Sequence record: SRR31156797_4599 | DNA length: 37,529 nucleotides | Direction: 5' to 3' (one strand) | Part shown: piece after piece, positions 8,546 to 17,056 of the stretch | Layout: every line of letters begins with the position of its first letter | Numbering within the stretch: position 1 is the stretch's first letter | Made by a program: the position numbers and the translations under genes | The notes under the pieces: model-generated | Databases searched by the model: none | The model's input: the letters and a program-made list of their open reading frames with translations, nothing else | What the model was told of the DNA's origin: nothing

Positions 8546-8869
8546 TCAAATCTTTACATTGATTATATTGCCTGACCATGGAGACTTCTTGGTCGGCTTT
8601 TCTTCTTCCGGCTCTTCGTCTTTCTTCTGTCTTTTGCGCGTGGACTGCTGCTGTCCGCCCTGTCCGCCGTTTTCATCGCGCACGGAGATAGTGGCTTCAT
8701 CTTTTTCGGCCTTCTGGATCTGTTTCTGGGCTTCCTTGTTCTTTTCCTGTTCCTCAGGATTGATCATGAGGGTTTGCTGAAGTCCAGATTTGGTGACTTC
8801 AGAATTGGAAATCTTCTGGACATTCGCAAGTTGCGAAATGATCAAGGGCATATCCACAGGACCGGGCAT
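8546..8869 (-). CDS. Small hydrophilic flagellar-cluster hypothetical protein
   Basis: 107 aa, starts 5 nt after fliL with a GAGG RBS; Q/E/K-rich middle; C-terminal PWSGNIINVKI. Confidence 0.75.
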   Translation of the reverse strand: MPGPVDMPLIISQLANVQKISNSEVTKSGLQQTLMINPEEQEKNKEAQKQIQKAEKDEATISVRDENGGQGGQQQSTRKRQKKDEEPEEEKPTKKSPWSGNIINVKI

Positions 8870-8874
8870 GACTT

Positions 8875-9579
8875 TTACCTCACGAGATACTCCTCAAACA
8901 GGATTTTCTCAAATTCCCCCGCCACGATATACTGGTTGATTACCATGAGCAGGTCTTTTTTTAGTTTTTCTACATTCTTCTCATCGGCTAAAAACTGTAA
9001 ATCTTTATTTTTGAGATAGAAGTAGACCGCATCGCGCAGGATGAGGGTCTTGCGCCCATATTCCGCAACAACACGTTCGTCAGTAGTGGTCATAGCAAAA
9101 CGGGCGATGAGGAATCTTGTGCGCTTGTCTTTATCCTTCTGTTCAATCCAGAATGGGTCCATGCGCAGTAGGGTGACACCGGGTTCTTCCGGTGGAGGAG
9201 GCGGAGTATCTTCCGGGACTTCCATAGGGATTTCTTCCACTGTTTCTTCAACAGCGGTTTCTTCCCTGGGTGGTGGTGGGGGAGAGTCGAAAACGAAAAG
9301 TTTTACCAGAATCGCGACAAGCAGGAGTATGATTACTCCAATTCCGATAAAAATAAAAAGTTTGTTCTTTGATTTTTTTTCAACTGGCTCCTCTTCAAGA
9401 GCGTCCAGTTCTTCCGGTTCTTCTTCCGGAATATCATCTTCCTCGTCCTCGTCTTCAAGGAAAGGTGCATCATCAAGGTCCAGCTCTACCTTTTGAGCTG
9501 CCTTGCTGGCAGGGGCTGAAGATTGAGTATCTTCCCCGGATTCAGAGTCATCAATGTCATCAACAGCGAGGAAGAGCAT
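8875..9579 (-). CDS. fliL: Flagellar basal body-associated protein FliL
   Basis: Single TM, then a FliL-like domain (PFWIE, RFLIARF, ILRDAVYFYL, LKKDLL..INQY, ILFEEYLVR); flagellar context. Confidence 0.85.
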   Translation of the reverse strand: MLFLAVDDIDDSESGEDTQSSAPASKAAQKVELDLDDAPFLEDEDEEDDIPEEEPEELDALEEEPVEKKSKNKLFIFIGIGVIILLLVAILVKLFVFDSPPPPPREETAVEETVEEIPMEVPEDTPPPPPEEPGVTLLRMDPFWIEQKDKDKRTRFLIARFAMTTTDERVVAEYGRKTLILRDAVYFYLKNKDLQFLADEKNVEKLKKDLLMVINQYIVAGEFEKILFEEYLVR

Positions 9580-9639
9580 GCACGTATCCTGATAGACAAG
9601 GTTCCGGGCGGAATGGCCTTAGCTGCCGCCTGAAATATG

Positions 9640-9673
9640 GTTCAGCGGACATGCCGTGGCATGTCCGCTGAAC
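9640..9673. repeat. Perfect 16-bp inverted repeat between cheY and fliL
   Basis: GTTCAGCGGACATGCC-gt-GGCATGTCCGCTGAAC; no poly-U tract follows on the coding (minus) strand. Confidence 0.85.
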
Positions 9674-9681
9674 AGGAATTT

Positions 9682-10065
9682 TTATTCAAAAATCTTATTA
9701 ATCTTCTGGCCAAGGGTGTCAGGGGTGAAAGGCTTAACAATGTAGTTGGAAACCTTGGCTTGAACAGCCTCGATGATGTTTTCCTGCTGTGCTTCTGCTG
9801 TAACCATCAGGAAAGGAATATCGGCGAACTCTTCACTGGCTCTTACTTTACGCAGCAGTTCAATGCCGGTCATCTGGGGCATGTTCCAGTCGGAAACGAT
9901 GAACTGGATGCTGTCGTCTTTATTCAGAGTTTCCCATGCTGTTGTTCCGTCATCAGCCTCCACGATGTTGGTGAAGCCGATCTGGCGGAGGATGTTTTTA
10001 ATAATACGACGCATGGTTGCGAAGTCATCCACAACAAGAACTTTCATAGAGTAATCAATCGCCAT
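9682..10065 (-). CDS. cheY: Chemotaxis response regulator CheY
   Basis: LVVDDFATMRRIIKNIL, SDWNMPQMTG phospho-Asp, MVTAE, YIVKPF. Confidence 0.95.
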   Translation of the reverse strand: MAIDYSMKVLVVDDFATMRRIIKNILRQIGFTNIVEADDGTTAWETLNKDDSIQFIVSDWNMPQMTGIELLRKVRASEEFADIPFLMVTAEAQQENIIEAVQAKVSNYIVKPFTPDTLGQKINKIFE

Positions 10066-10075
10066 TTATTTCTCC

Positions 10076-10867
10076 TTAAGGTTCCGTAGAATATTTATCG
10101 TGGAACATTTTTCTCAATTTTTTCAAGGCCTGAGAGTGCAGCTGAGATACCCTGCCTTCCGTAATATCCATTACTTCGGAGGTCTCTTTCATATTCAGTT
10201 CCTCCCCGTAGTACAGAGATAATACCAGTTTTTCCCTCGGCGTCAAATTATCAATCAGATCAGCTACCTTGTCTACTGTTTCTTGAAAAACAGCAGACTG
10301 GAAGGGCTCATCATCAAGCTGGGAATCTTTGTTGCTTGGAATATTGTCATTAAAAGCGTCGAGATTGACGCAAAGTTGGTTCTGAAGGGCTTCGAGTCCC
10401 TGCTGGACTTCCTTGGCCGAAAATCCGGTCGCTTCTTCAATCTGGGCACTGGTCGGTTTTTCACCTGTCTCGTGCTCAATTTCGCGAATGCTCTTTTCGA
10501 TTGTTTTTACTTTTTGGCGCAGGCCGCGTGAAAACCAGTCCATTCGTCTAAGCTCATCGAGCATGGCACCTTTGATGCGGTTTTCAGCGTAGGTTTCGAA
10601 CTTGATTTTCAGTTCGGGGCGAAATTTTCCAAGTGATTCAACAAGCCCTAAACTTCCGGCACTGATAAGCTCTCCCAGCTCCACGTTCTGCGGGAGCTTG
10701 GCTTTCATACGGAGTGCAATAATACGGATTTTCGGTGAATAATGCCGTACTATCGCCTCTTGATCTGCGGGCGAAAAATCTTCCCAACCTGTAGTTCCGG
10801 ACTCTAAGTTAAGCCACGGACTGTTCTTGGAAGAGGAGTTTTTTCCAGAAGAACTTGATATTACCAT
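10076..10867 (-). CDS. fliA: Flagellar sigma factor sigma28 (FliA/WhiG family)
   Basis: ELISAGSLGL, KFETYAENRIKGAMLDELR..DW, region 4 LYYGEELNMKE..ITEGRVSQLHSQA. Start overlaps the flhG 3' end. Confidence 0.95.
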   Translation of the reverse strand: MVISSSSGKNSSSKNSPWLNLESGTTGWEDFSPADQEAIVRHYSPKIRIIALRMKAKLPQNVELGELISAGSLGLVESLGKFRPELKIKFETYAENRIKGAMLDELRRMDWFSRGLRQKVKTIEKSIREIEHETGEKPTSAQIEEATGFSAKEVQQGLEALQNQLCVNLDAFNDNIPSNKDSQLDDEPFQSAVFQETVDKVADLIDNLTPREKLVLSLYYGEELNMKETSEVMDITEGRVSQLHSQALKKLRKMFHDKYSTEP

Positions 10868-11636
10868 CTAGCTCGGATGTTGCTTTCCATTTGGTTATTC
10901 TTTTAGCTGTTTCAGTAATCTGGGCACAAGCCGGGCTTGAGGGTGCAATCTTGCAAAGCGGAGTCTGCTTGATGACAGCTTTCCTCATGTTGGGGTCGCG
11001 GGGGATTACTCCCACCAGATCCAAAGAAACTCCGCTAAGGAAATGGTCACAGGCCATGTAGAGCTTCTTGAACACTTCCTTGGCCCCTTTCATGTCAGGT
11101 GCCATGTTTACCAGAACCTTAAATTTGTCAACCCCGTGATGCAGCTTCATGACTTTTATAAGCGCATATGCATCAGTAAGGGAGGTCGGTTCCGGGGTCA
11201 GCACCAGAAGGCGTTCTTGAACGGCCAGATTGAAGTAGAGTACGTTGTCGTTGATTCCAGCACCGGTATCCACGATAAGGTAGTCAAGCTCTTCTTCAAG
11301 ATGGTCCATGGCTTCCAGCAGATCCAGTTTCTGACCGGTAGAAAGGGAAACCATATCGCTTACGCCAGAAGAAGCAGGGAGGATGTCGAATCCGTAATTG
11401 GTCTTGTGCAGAACTTCCCTGATTCCGGTCCCTTCGTGGAAGAGGTGGAAAAGGTTGTACTTGGGAGCAATCCCCAGCAGGACGTCGACGTTGGCGAGAC
11501 CGAGGTCGGCATCCAGCAGCAAGACTTTCTTGCCCATGCGGCTTAAGTTGTAGGCTAGGTTTACGGAAATGTTTGTCTTGCCTACGCCCCCCTTTCCGGA
11601 GGTTACTGAAAATACCATGGGAAGATTGGAATTCAT
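10809..11636 (-). CDS. flhG: MinD-like flagellar number ATPase FlhG/FleN
   Basis: SGKGGVGKT deviant Walker A, DADLGLAN, DTGAGI, PEPTSLTDAYA, C-terminal amphipathic IKFFWKKLLF. ATG at 11636 has AGGGTG 6 nt upstream; the track's GTG at 11645 is the alternative. Confidence 0.93.
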   Translation of the reverse strand: MNSNLPMVFSVTSGKGGVGKTNISVNLAYNLSRMGKKVLLLDADLGLANVDVLLGIAPKYNLFHLFHEGTGIREVLHKTNYGFDILPASSGVSDMVSLSTGQKLDLLEAMDHLEEELDYLIVDTGAGINDNVLYFNLAVQERLLVLTPEPTSLTDAYALIKVMKLHHGVDKFKVLVNMAPDMKGAKEVFKKLYMACDHFLSGVSLDLVGVIPRDPNMRKAVIKQTPLCKIAPSSPACAQITETAKRITKWKATSELDGNIKFFWKKLLFQEQSVA

Positions 11637-11739
11637 TTGTATCACCCTGTTCTTATTTATCTATACTGTTTACGTTGCCAGCGATTTTTATGCAACGAAT
11701 ATTGTGCCTGATTTATCTTATTTTTTTTGGAAAAAATGG

Positions 11740-12828
11740 TTAAACCGCTTTCGCGAATTTCATTTTATCCTGCACGGGAAGCTGGTGTTTGAAGACAAGT
11801 CTCCAGAAATCTTTTTCGCAGGCCGGCTTCATGCTGTTCCGCAGGCCGGAGCCGTATGAGAGCAGGGAGACCGGGAGGCCGCTCTCATAAGAAGTATTGA
11901 CCAGTGCTCCGTAATTGCATGCTTCATCAAGTTTGGTCCAGATAAGACTTTTTACTTTGGAGCATTGGAATTTTTTGAGGAAGGCGGTGTACTGCGCCGG
12001 AGCGTAGTATGGGTTTAGAACCAGATGTACTGCCAGGTCGCAGGGGCCATACATACCGCATGCTGCCAGCCAGCCTTCAAGTTCTGCATTTCCGGAAAGA
12101 CCGGGCAGGTCGATGAATACTCTGTCAAATTTCTGGCTTTCACCAATAAGCTTGGCAAAATCTTCGCGGCTGGCCAGTTCCTTGAATTCGAGTCCGGAGA
12201 GGTCTGCGTAGTGACGTAGGACGAGGCGTCCTTTGCCCTGTCCCTGATCTGCTGAGGCAAGACAGATGCGGGCTGTGGGGTTTTCCTTCTTTTCTTTAAG
12301 TGCGAGGCGGATAATAGTGGATGTCTTACCTGCGCCGTGCGGTCCGGCGAGGGCCTGAAATTTCTGAGGCCAATTGTTTGAGTCCAATGCGCGGATCGGA
12401 GCGATTTTTTCCAGTTCAGGCAGGATGGCCTTGGATTTGTTGCCGCGAAGCTGCTGAAAGAGATCTAGGATTACCTTGTTTTCAACGCCTTCACGTTCAA
12501 GATATTCCAGTGCAAGACGCTGGCGGGGAGCGAGTAGGTTCAGGTTCATCTGTGGCTTTAGCAGGGCCATCATGTGCCCTTTGATCTGGTTCCATTCCTG
12601 ATTCCAGTCCGGGATGTTGTTCATTGCGTCATCAATGACTTCTTCCCGTGTTTCCTGCACCGGAACAGCTTCTTCCTGACCGTCAACGCCGACCATGATC
12701 TCGTGGATCTTGCGTCCATCCTCTTCAACTGACTTGTTGCTGAGGATAATAGCGTTGTCGCCGAATTCCGCTTTAATTTCGGCGAAGACCGCTGCTGTGT
12801 TGTTGCCTCTGAATGTTTTTACCCGCAT
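11740..12828 (-). CDS. flhF: Flagellar biosynthesis SRP-family GTPase FlhF (divergent GTPase motifs)
   Basis: FlhF N-terminal MRVKTF..IKAEFGDNAIILS, P-loop GPHGAGKTS, TKLDE; sits between flhA and flhG. Confidence 0.9.
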   Translation of the reverse strand: MRVKTFRGNNTAAVFAEIKAEFGDNAIILSNKSVEEDGRKIHEIMVGVDGQEEAVPVQETREEVIDDAMNNIPDWNQEWNQIKGHMMALLKPQMNLNLLAPRQRLALEYLEREGVENKVILDLFQQLRGNKSKAILPELEKIAPIRALDSNNWPQKFQALAGPHGAGKTSTIIRLALKEKKENPTARICLASADQGQGKGRLVLRHYADLSGLEFKELASREDFAKLIGESQKFDRVFIDLPGLSGNAELEGWLAACGMYGPCDLAVHLVLNPYYAPAQYTAFLKKFQCSKVKSLIWTKLDEACNYGALVNTSYESGLPVSLLSYGSGLRNSMKPACEKDFWRLVFKHQLPVQDKMKFAKAV

Positions 12829-12841
12829 ATTACCAACCTTT

Positions 12842-14929
12842 TTAGAACTCTACGGTACCCGCAGACATGATTCTTACACTCGCAGGAATCTCGGCCTGCG
12901 ATATTACAGGGATTGTAGGCAAGAAGCGTACCATCAGTTGTGCCAAGTGGCTTCTCAGTTGAGGAGCACACAAGAGGACCGGTTGACCGTCAGTTTCCAG
13001 TACACCTTCAGCCGTTGAATTTACACTCTGGATGAGCTGCTGGGCACTGCCGGGATCTAGGGCTAGAAAACCACCGTTTTCAGATGAGCGCACCGCATCG
13101 TTGAGTTTAGCGTCCACATTGGGGCCGAAGGTCATGATGGGCAGGCTGCCGTCGCTGGCAAGGTAAGGCTTGATAATGGTTCTGCTCATGTGGGAGCGGA
13201 CGTATTCTGTCAGCTGATTCGGATCCTGAATGGACGGACCGTAGTCAGCCAGAGCTTCAACGATAGTCAGCAGGTCGCGGATGGATACGTTCTCGCGAAC
13301 AAGGTTTTGGAGCACCTTCTGAACCACACCCAGGGAAAGGACGTTAGGAACGAGGTCTTCAACAGCCTTGGGAGCGCGTTTGGAAAGGTTATCCAGTAGA
13401 TCCTGTGTTTCCTGCCTGCCGAGGAATTCACCAAGGTTGCGGCGAAATACTTCGGTAAGGTGAGTTGCAATAACAGTAGATGGATCGACAACTGTATATC
13501 CGGCAAGCATTGCTTCTTCCTTCTGGGTATCGGGAATCCAGATAGCGGGAAGGTTGAATGCAGGTTCGACGGTTTCAATTCCTTTAATTCTGTGTTTAGC
13601 GTCGCCCGGGTCCATGGCCAGCTGGTGGTCGATGAGGATTTCAGCAGAGGCCACAGCGTTGCCTTTGATGAGTACACGGTATTCACCGGGCTTGAGCTGC
13701 AGGTTGTCACGCAGATGCAGTGACGGGATAATGACACCCATGTCCAGAGCGTATTGACGACGGATGGAGCGGATACGTGAAAGCAGGTTGCCGCTTTGCT
13801 CTTCGTCCACCAGCGGGATAAGTCCATAGCCCACTTCCAGTTCCAGAGAATCGAGGGGCAGCAGGGCCTGAACTTCTTCGGGGCTGTCCAGAGAGGGCTG
13901 TTCGGCCTTTGATTTTTGAGCTTTTGCTTCGGTTTCCTGGTCCTCTGCTTCAAGGTCGCGGTTCATCATTGATACCCCGTAAATAATTCCAGAAAGGCAG
14001 AGAAAGGGTATCGTGGGCATGCCGGGTACTATGCCGAACACAACAAGGATGATGGAGACCAGTTTGAGCGCCCGGGAGTGAAAAGTCAGCTGTCCGATGA
14101 ATTCTTCACCCATCTTGGCTTCTGCTGCGGCGCGTGAAACGATGATACCTGCGGAGGTAGATATAATAAGTGAAGGGATGGTGGAGACGAGACCGTCACC
14201 GATAGTCAGCAGGGTGTAAGTTTGTGCTGCGTCAGTCCAGTGCATTCCTTTTTGAAGTACACCTATGAGAATTCCGCCGATGATGTTGATGGCGGTGATG
14301 AGCAGACCTGCGTTAACGTCCCCCTGTACAAATTTACCGGCACCATCCATAGCACCGTAAAAGTCTGATTCACGGCGGAGTTTTTCACGTTGGTCCCTTG
14401 CTTCGTCTTCGTCGATCAGACCTGAGTTAAGGTCTGCTTCAATTGCCATCTGCTTACCGGGCATGGCATCAAGGGTAAATCTGGCGGCAACTTCTGCAAT
14501 ACGTGTGGTACCGGTTACGATAACGGTTTTGTTCAGGATGAACAGGATCATAAAAATGACAATACCGATAACGTAGTTACCACCAACAACAAATTCACCG
14601 AAACTTTGAATAACATTACCCGCAGCCGAGGTTCCCTCATCACCATGAAGAAGGATGGCACGGGTGGTAGCTACGTTCAGGGACAGACGTAGCAAAGTGG
14701 TTACCAACAGGAGTGAGGGAAATATGGAAAATTCGAGAGGGGATTGCAAAAACATAGAGGTAATCAGGATTACCAGCCCAAGTGAGATACTTACAGTCAG
14801 CATGAAGTCGAGAAACATGGTCGGCAGGGGGATGAGCATAACGAAGAGAATTACTACAACGCCGCCCGCGAGAAGGACATCGCCCTGCTTGGCAAATTTT
14901 TCGTAATTTATCGCTTTTGATTCGGCCAT
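12842..14929 (-). CDS. flhA: Flagellar export gate protein FlhA
   Basis: FHIPEP-family motifs RIAEVAARFTLDAMPGKQMAIEADL, FYGAMDGAGKFVQGD, GDGLVS. Start set at the ATG at 14929 behind AGGGG. Confidence 0.97.
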   Translation of the reverse strand: MAESKAINYEKFAKQGDVLLAGGVVVILFVMLIPLPTMFLDFMLTVSISLGLVILITSMFLQSPLEFSIFPSLLLVTTLLRLSLNVATTRAILLHGDEGTSAAGNVIQSFGEFVVGGNYVIGIVIFMILFILNKTVIVTGTTRIAEVAARFTLDAMPGKQMAIEADLNSGLIDEDEARDQREKLRRESDFYGAMDGAGKFVQGDVNAGLLITAINIIGGILIGVLQKGMHWTDAAQTYTLLTIGDGLVSTIPSLIISTSAGIIVSRAAAEAKMGEEFIGQLTFHSRALKLVSIILVVFGIVPGMPTIPFLCLSGIIYGVSMMNRDLEAEDQETEAKAQKSKAEQPSLDSPEEVQALLPLDSLELEVGYGLIPLVDEEQSGNLLSRIRSIRRQYALDMGVIIPSLHLRDNLQLKPGEYRVLIKGNAVASAEILIDHQLAMDPGDAKHRIKGIETVEPAFNLPAIWIPDTQKEEAMLAGYTVVDPSTVIATHLTEVFRRNLGEFLGRQETQDLLDNLSKRAPKAVEDLVPNVLSLGVVQKVLQNLVRENVSIRDLLTIVEALADYGPSIQDPNQLTEYVRSHMSRTIIKPYLASDGSLPIMTFGPNVDAKLNDAVRSSENGGFLALDPGSAQQLIQSVNSTAEGVLETDGQPVLLCAPQLRSHLAQLMVRFLPTIPVISQAEIPASVRIMSAGTVEF

Positions 14930-14997
14930 GATTTTGACACCCCTTTCAGGTCTTTTTCTGGTGATCTTTCTGTTCACCGGAAGAGGTACTCAGGCCT

Positions 14998-16059
14998 TTA
15001 TTTGCGGGTGAATTTGTTCAACTTGGCTAGTATCGCCGCAACAGCCTTATAGAGTTCTTCCGGAATGATGTCACCGATCTCAACCTGTTTATACAAGGCC
15101 TGTGCCAAAGGCTTGTTTTCACGGATCGGCACTTTGTTTTCGCGGGCTACTTCCTTGATGCGTTCTGCAACCTTATTCATTCCTTTGGCAAGGACCAACG
15201 GAGCAGGAGCTACCATAGGATCGTACTTTAAGGCAATGGCGTAGTGGGTAGGGTTGGTGATGACCACGTCCGCATTAGGTACTTCTGCCATCATGCGTTG
15301 TTGAAGGATAGCCATCATTTTCTGTTTCTGCTGTTGTTTGATCTTGGGGTCACCCTCAGCCTGTTTGCGTTCGTCCTTGACTTCATCCTTGGTCATCTTC
15401 ATTTCTTCTTGATAATTGTAACGCTGATACCAGAGGTCGGCTAAAGCAAGGACGAGCATAGGCAGCATGGTGTAAGTAACCATTTTGTAGCCGATTTGCA
15501 GTATGTAGATAGCCAGCTCATGAGCACTGGAATAAAAAAGCGGCAGGAAATTTCCCACTTCATTTTTGATGATAATATATGGGGCGATCCCGACTATCAC
15601 AGCGAAAAGCATACTCTTGACGAGTCTAATCACTGTTTTGACGTTGAACATCAGCCTTTTAAGTCCCTGCAATATATTGAACATCTTAGAGAATTTAGGC
15701 TTAAATACCTTGGTGGTCCACAGGCTCCCGACTTGAAGACGAAGCACGAGGAAAGCGATAAAGGCGATAAAAAGAAATAAGGGCAGTAGTATGATGGCCA
15801 GTTTTTGTGAACACCACTGAAAAAGCTGGTAAACGGATTGCTTGTCCACATCAATGAATATTCCTTCGGTGAGGAACCAGTGGAAAATTTCATAGAATTG
15901 TTCATAATACATGTCCATAATGACCCGCAGGCAGATTACGCCAGCAATAAGGGTCATTATCTTGCCCATTTCTTCCCCTTTGGCGACACTACCGTCTCTT
16001 CGTGCTTTTTTGATTCGTTTGGGCGTCGCTTGTTCGGTTTTACTAGGATCTTTCGCCAT
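14998..16059 (-). CDS. flhB: Flagellar export switch protein FlhB
   Basis: KTEQATPKR, MTKDEVKDE, EGDP, TNPTH autocleavage motif, LAQALY. Confidence 0.97.
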   Translation of the reverse strand: MAKDPSKTEQATPKRIKKARRDGSVAKGEEMGKIMTLIAGVICLRVIMDMYYEQFYEIFHWFLTEGIFIDVDKQSVYQLFQWCSQKLAIILLPLFLFIAFIAFLVLRLQVGSLWTTKVFKPKFSKMFNILQGLKRLMFNVKTVIRLVKSMLFAVIVGIAPYIIIKNEVGNFLPLFYSSAHELAIYILQIGYKMVTYTMLPMLVLALADLWYQRYNYQEEMKMTKDEVKDERKQAEGDPKIKQQQKQKMMAILQQRMMAEVPNADVVITNPTHYAIALKYDPMVAPAPLVLAKGMNKVAERIKEVARENKVPIRENKPLAQALYKQVEIGDIIPEELYKAVAAILAKLNKFTRK

Positions 16060-16073
16060 AAAACTACCCCCTC

Positions 16074-16877
16074 CTAGTTACCGATTGGCAGATTCGGTGG
16101 GCTGCCAGCCTTGATTATGCTTAATAGGTATTTGGGAAGATCTGCTACGAATTCTCCGACATGCAGTGCGAGGACAGAGAATACGAGACTGAGAACAAAG
16201 AAACCGGCCAGAATCTTGAGTGGAAAGCCGAGCATGAGCACGTTCATCTGTGGGGCCATTTTACTGATCAAGGCAAGACCGAGGTCAACGACGAAGATTG
16301 TCGCGATGATGGGGGATGCCACTTTGACAGCAAGGACAAATAGGTCCTTGGAAATAGACATTATTTGGCTGGTCAGGGTTGACGATATAAAAATTTGTCC
16401 CGGTGGGATGTATTTAAAGCTCTCCACCATAGCCGACATGAGGTAGAGGTGCCCGTTTATACTTAGGAAAACCAGAATGGCGCACATGTAGAGGAAGTGG
16501 GCAGTAACGGCTTCGTTGACCCCGGTCAAAGGATCAAGGACGTTAACCATGGAAAACCCCATTTGTACGCCGATGAGGTTACCACCGGTTTGGATTGCAG
16601 CAAACATGACATGAACGGATATGCCCATAACCAGACCGAGTACCATCTCTCCAAGAATCATCAGGGCAATGTTGTAAGGACTGGCCGGCATGAGACTTCC
16701 GTCAAAGGTGACATGGGGCCAGATGCCAAGCGTCAAAACAATGGTCAATGCGGCTTTGACCGTTTTTGGGATGGAGTTTCCGCCGAAAAAAGGGAGTAAA
16801 AACAGCACAATGCTTACCCTGAAAAGGGTAAGGTAAAAACTCATCAGGTCGCTGGGATCGAAATTAAAAAAAGTCAT
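16074..16877 (-). CDS. fliR: Flagellar export protein FliR
   Basis: LLPFFG..IP, QMGFS, NGHL, ISKMAPQMNVLMLGFPLKI; hydrophobic; precedes flhB. Confidence 0.95.
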   Translation of the reverse strand: MTFFNFDPSDLMSFYLTLFRVSIVLFLLPFFGGNSIPKTVKAALTIVLTLGIWPHVTFDGSLMPASPYNIALMILGEMVLGLVMGISVHVMFAAIQTGGNLIGVQMGFSMVNVLDPLTGVNEAVTAHFLYMCAILVFLSINGHLYLMSAMVESFKYIPPGQIFISSTLTSQIMSISKDLFVLAVKVASPIIATIFVVDLGLALISKMAPQMNVLMLGFPLKILAGFFVLSLVFSVLALHVGEFVADLPKYLLSIIKAGSPPNLPIGN

Positions 16878-16900
16878 GCTGTCCTCGTTTCAGACGGGTC

Positions 16901-16916
16901 TGCAAAATCAGGACCC
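16901..16916 (-). promoter_or_regulatory. Putative sigma54 promoter of the fliR-flhB-flhA operon
   Basis: Minus strand reads GGGTCCTGATTTTGCA (GG-N10-GC, TTGCA), 23 nt before the fliR ATG. The -24 box deviates from TGGCAC. Confidence 0.5.
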
Positions 16917-16997
16917 ATTCTTTACGGTCTCTTATCACTAAGAGGGACGGAGGGCAAAGTCAGGCTGATCAAAAAGGTAGTTTTTTTAACAAATCCA

Positions 16998-17036
16998 ATA
17001 AAAAAGGTCCGCAAAGAGAAAACTTTACGGACCTTT
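16998..17036 (-). terminator. Intrinsic terminator after the M23 peptidase gene
   Basis: Minus strand AAAGGTCCGTAAAG-ttttct-CTTTGCGGACCTTT followed by TTTATT. Confidence 0.8.
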
Positions 17037-17056
17037 GAATTTGATCTTGTGGCGGT

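Noticed and set aside
11691-11710. GGCAC...TTGCA element upstream of flhG as a sigma54 promoter
   Set aside because: GG to GC spacing is 13 nt rather than the required 10.
13267-13953. 228-aa alternative-frame ORF inside flhA, and similar shadow ORFs within prfA, dnaJ/moaC and the flavoprotein gene
   Set aside because: Nested in well-supported genes, with composition typical of off-frame translation.
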